Shown here: positions 33,207-36,359 of the stretch, piece by piece
Position numbering within the stretch: position 1 is the stretch's first letter
How the letters are laid out: every line of letters starts with the position of its first letter
Origin: Atractiella rhizophila
Taxonomy: Eukaryota
NCBI GenBank assembly: GCA_021432655.1
Contig: MU271640.1
Location: 1-36,359, forward strand
Direction of reading: 5' to 3'
DNA: 36,359 bases
Made by a program: the position numbers and the translations under genes
The notes under the pieces: generated by a model
The model's database searches: none
What the model was told of the DNA's origin: nothing
Seen by the model: the letters and a program-made list of their open reading frames with translations, nothing else

Positions 33207-35418
33207 TTAAAGGGCCAACATCTCCGCTACCTTTTTCTGATTCGTTTTCATCTGCTCCAATTGCAGCTCTGTCCTCCCAAAACGCATCAGTATCCTCTCA
33301 CACAGCTGTAAGAAAACAAAGTAGATGCGAGTGAGATGATAAGGAAAGGAGACAAACCCAAGTTCCTAATGAGGTGATCCCTCTCCGCCAACTCCTCCTT
33401 CAACCTCGCATTCTCATCCTCAAGCACCATAATCTTCCTCGTCGTCTCCTCATCCCTCACGCCTTCCATCTTCATCGGTTCCTCCCTCCTCTCTTCCACA
33501 AAAGTCGATTCCTTTTTCACTGGGGCAGGGATCGTCTGTTCACGCACGGGAGTAGGAGCGGGAGCGGCGGCTGGAGCGGGTGCAGCAGCCGGCGCAGGTG
33601 CTGGTGCAGTCTGGGTTGGAGTGGGGACGGGGATGGATTGTTGCTTGTGTTGTTGCACGGCGGGGGCGGAAGAAGCCTGTTGAGTCTCCAGGTCGAGCAT
33701 GATTGGAGCGGAGGTCTTCCCGGCGAAGAATTCGGAGGAGGTGAGCGCGGGTTTGGCGGAAGGGGCAGGGGGGAAGATGTCGGATTGGAAAGTCTCCGAC
33801 TGGTCGTCATCAGCATCAGCACATCAATAATTTTCGACCTGCAAGAAGAAAGGGAGGCAGCCAGAGACTGACTTTGCGCGGTACAATGAAGGAGATCGGC
33901 TCGATCAGCGTTCCTGAGCACTTGAAAGCTCGCGCGATCTCGCACTCTGAGACGTTGAGGCCGCGACGAGGCAGGAAAGTCATTCCTCGCTGAGGTTCTG
34001 AGGACTTATACTCCGAGCTGTCCATCGATAACATCAGTTTGCGCATAAGTGGATGGGAAGCCAACGACTCACAGGAAGAAGAGGTCATCGTTCTCGTACT
34101 CGTAGTATCGGATGTTACCATCACTAACACCATGATCAATATCTCCCCATTCCGCTGTGAGACGCGCCATACCCCTTTCCAGCCAGATAAAGGATATTAT
34201 TCCCCTCTCCCCAGAACGGCATCAGCGTTCCCGAGCTCGTATCCACCGTGATACTCTTGATTGGCCCCCTCTCAAGATTTTTCGAGTCCCAGAGCTTAAC
34301 CTCTCGATCCGACATCTTCGAGAAACCGGTGGTAGCAATCCTGTCTAAACTGCCCATCCAAGCCACGCGAGAGGCTTTGATGCCCGCGTGCCCATCAACG
34401 ATCTTGACTGGAGCTGCACCTGACCGGGGATCGAACAGGCGGAATTTCTTGTCCCTACAGGTACTACATATCGGCGAAAACGTGAGAACGTCCAATGGCA
34501 GCAGAGACAGAGAAGACCAACGTCGAGATCAGAGAGCCGGTCCAGTCCCAAGCCATGCTCTGGACCATGTCAGGTTGACTATGCAGTTCAATAGCAGCAG
34601 AGCCCTTCTCAACATCCCACAACTATACCAGAGCAGCAAACCAGTCCACTTCACTCATCCCTGACGGTAAAGCGAAAACGCACCTTGATCTCTGTGCTCG
34701 CGGTAGCGAGGACGTTGTTCGCCGTCGGGTGCCAGCTCACATGTCCCACCTTCCTCTGATGAGCTTGCATCTTCACAACAGGTTCCAAGTCCTTGATTTC
34801 ATGCCCTTTCCCTCCTTTAGCTGTGTCAGCGTGAGATAACCAGGCTTGTTCCAGCACGTCGGGGTCGATTCGTGTGAGAGCAACGCGGCAATCTTCACCG
34901 CAAGAAGCGATAAGATAATCATCGAAGGGAGACCAGGCAGTGTCCAGCCTGCCCATCACCAACACCAGTTAAGCCAACTCTTCCTTTAATTCCAATCAAG
35001 ATGAGACTTACACTGGCGCCGTGTGACCTCTACAAAGCGGATAGATATCAGGGAGCTTCCCGGTCCTCCCTAGAGAGGTGACGAGGAATGCTCCGCCACC
35101 AGACACCTGGTAGTTCACAGCGAGGAAGAGCGGGTTGGCGGATACGAGATCGGTATCGAAAGCATTGGCGGAGACTCTAACGTTGTCGTACGTCTTCTCC
35201 CTGCATCTCCCATCTCAACCCATGTTTCCACTCCTCAAAGGGACAAAGGAGACCTTTTCGCTGGCTATTTGGACACGTTTAAAGAAAATCCAAGCTGTAT
35301 TTTCAAGAAAGGCTCACCGATCCATACACATGCCTGTAGCTGGACGATCGAACAAAACGACTGTACAAGAGATGAGGGCTAGCGCCTGAACAGAGTAGAT
35401 GGGGGCACCGCACCTCAT
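33207..35418 (-). CDS. CRN1: Coronin (actin-binding WD40 protein with C-terminal coiled coil)
   Basis: MS|RFVRSSSYRHVYGS|PAKR|EKTYDNVRVSANAFD..GGGAFLV, LDTAWSPFDDYLIASCGED, HQRKVGHVSWHPTANNVLAT, GHAGIKASRVAWMG..TTGFSKMSDRE, IEPISFIVPRK, then a coiled coil; TAA at 33209-33207. Confidence 0.95.
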
Positions 35419-36359
35419 CTTGGATTGGAAGAAGAGATTCTGAGGCTCTGGCTGAGGAGACACGCGACAACGATGGTAAACTTAAACAATCTGACTATGA
35501 AACTACATAGCAAACCAACTAATGGAGGAGGCGACCATTCTGCGAGGATTCCCCCTTGAATTGATAGTCTACCTGAGTGTCTAGGTCCGACAGTGCATAG
35601 AACGGATCATGAAAGATCTACCCTGTCTAAAGAGTCAGCTAGAACCTCAAGAACAATCAGCTAGCTAGATAAAGACGCAAAGTCACATGACCAGCCTTTG
35701 AGACTTTCTTGTCTCTTCAACTTTCAAGTTTCTTCAGGTTAATCTTCAATAATATTTCTTAAGCTTAAAGATAGAAGCTGACAAACTTAATTACAGCGAT
35801 TGACAGCATAGGATCCGCTGCTTCCAATTAGTCCTCGAATGATTGCTATGCATTACTCTCAGGCTCTTGCTTCCTGCAGTCAGAACCATAAACCAATAAG
35901 AGTTTCCAGTTGTTTCTTTGATAATAGAGAAGACGCCATATTGGTGCATTGTCCCTACTTTGGTGATCCGAAGGAGCACAGCTGGGAGTACGCAGCTGTC
36001 ACAATCCAGATTTCGAGTTTGAGGCCCTTCGGAGCCCCGATGACAACTTGTTAAACAAATCCTACAATGGAAAGGAACTGCTGACAATGCCAAATAACAC
36101 TCCACGTGACCGTTATGTATTGTGCTCCTCTTGAAATGATCACAATAAGGGGCCTGTCATCGTTGCCATCGATCTCTTTTGCCTCCTTACATTCATTTTG
36201 TCGGGATATTTTGAGAGAGGTGTTGCGGGCGACCACACCCAGTAAATAACATCGACTGAAGTTGTAGGGTTGTTGCTTGACAGAGCAGGATCAGATGTGT
36301 CGCTCGCGTCGCGGGGACGTCAGCCATGCAGTTGAGGAACACTTAAAAGGGCTTGTATT

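Noticed and set aside
35500..36359. Short ORFs upstream of coronin
   Set aside because: No domain similarity or coherent exon chain visible.

Overview
Gene-dense, intron-rich fungal genomic DNA with short (~45-70 nt) GT-AG introns and CTRAC-type branch points; the style and gene families fit a basidiomycete. About 15 genes can be read: GH18 chitinase (runs off the left edge), Rcf2-like HIG1 protein, UTP15, a Ser/Arg/Pro-rich unknown, a GH45-like secreted protein, alternative oxidase (5'-truncated), a YANK/STK32 AGC kinase, QCR9, GLTP/HET-C2, a Pro/Ser-rich unknown, JHD1/KDM2, HOS3, an unknown, an OM14-like protein, a CE4 chitin deacetylase and coronin. The main result is that two blocks next to the N-gaps (16890..~18781 and 23542..24979) are mirror-reversed: written backwards without being complemented. 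They are invisible to six-frame translation. Read backwards or as the plain complement, they give a complete QCR9 gene, the first two GLTP exons, the PHD and N-terminal JmjC part of JHD1, and the start of a LanC-like (LanCL) gene. This is almost certainly a gap-filling artefact rather than biology. Decoding it shows that a paralogous LanCL-like first exon also sits where the N-terminus of the alternative oxidase should be. Other oddities are a 989-nt UTP15 intron with nested splice signals, 3-nt and 7-nt micro-exons in catalytic motifs of the chitin deacetylase, and a GC-AG intron in HOS3. All calls were read by hand; no database search was run.
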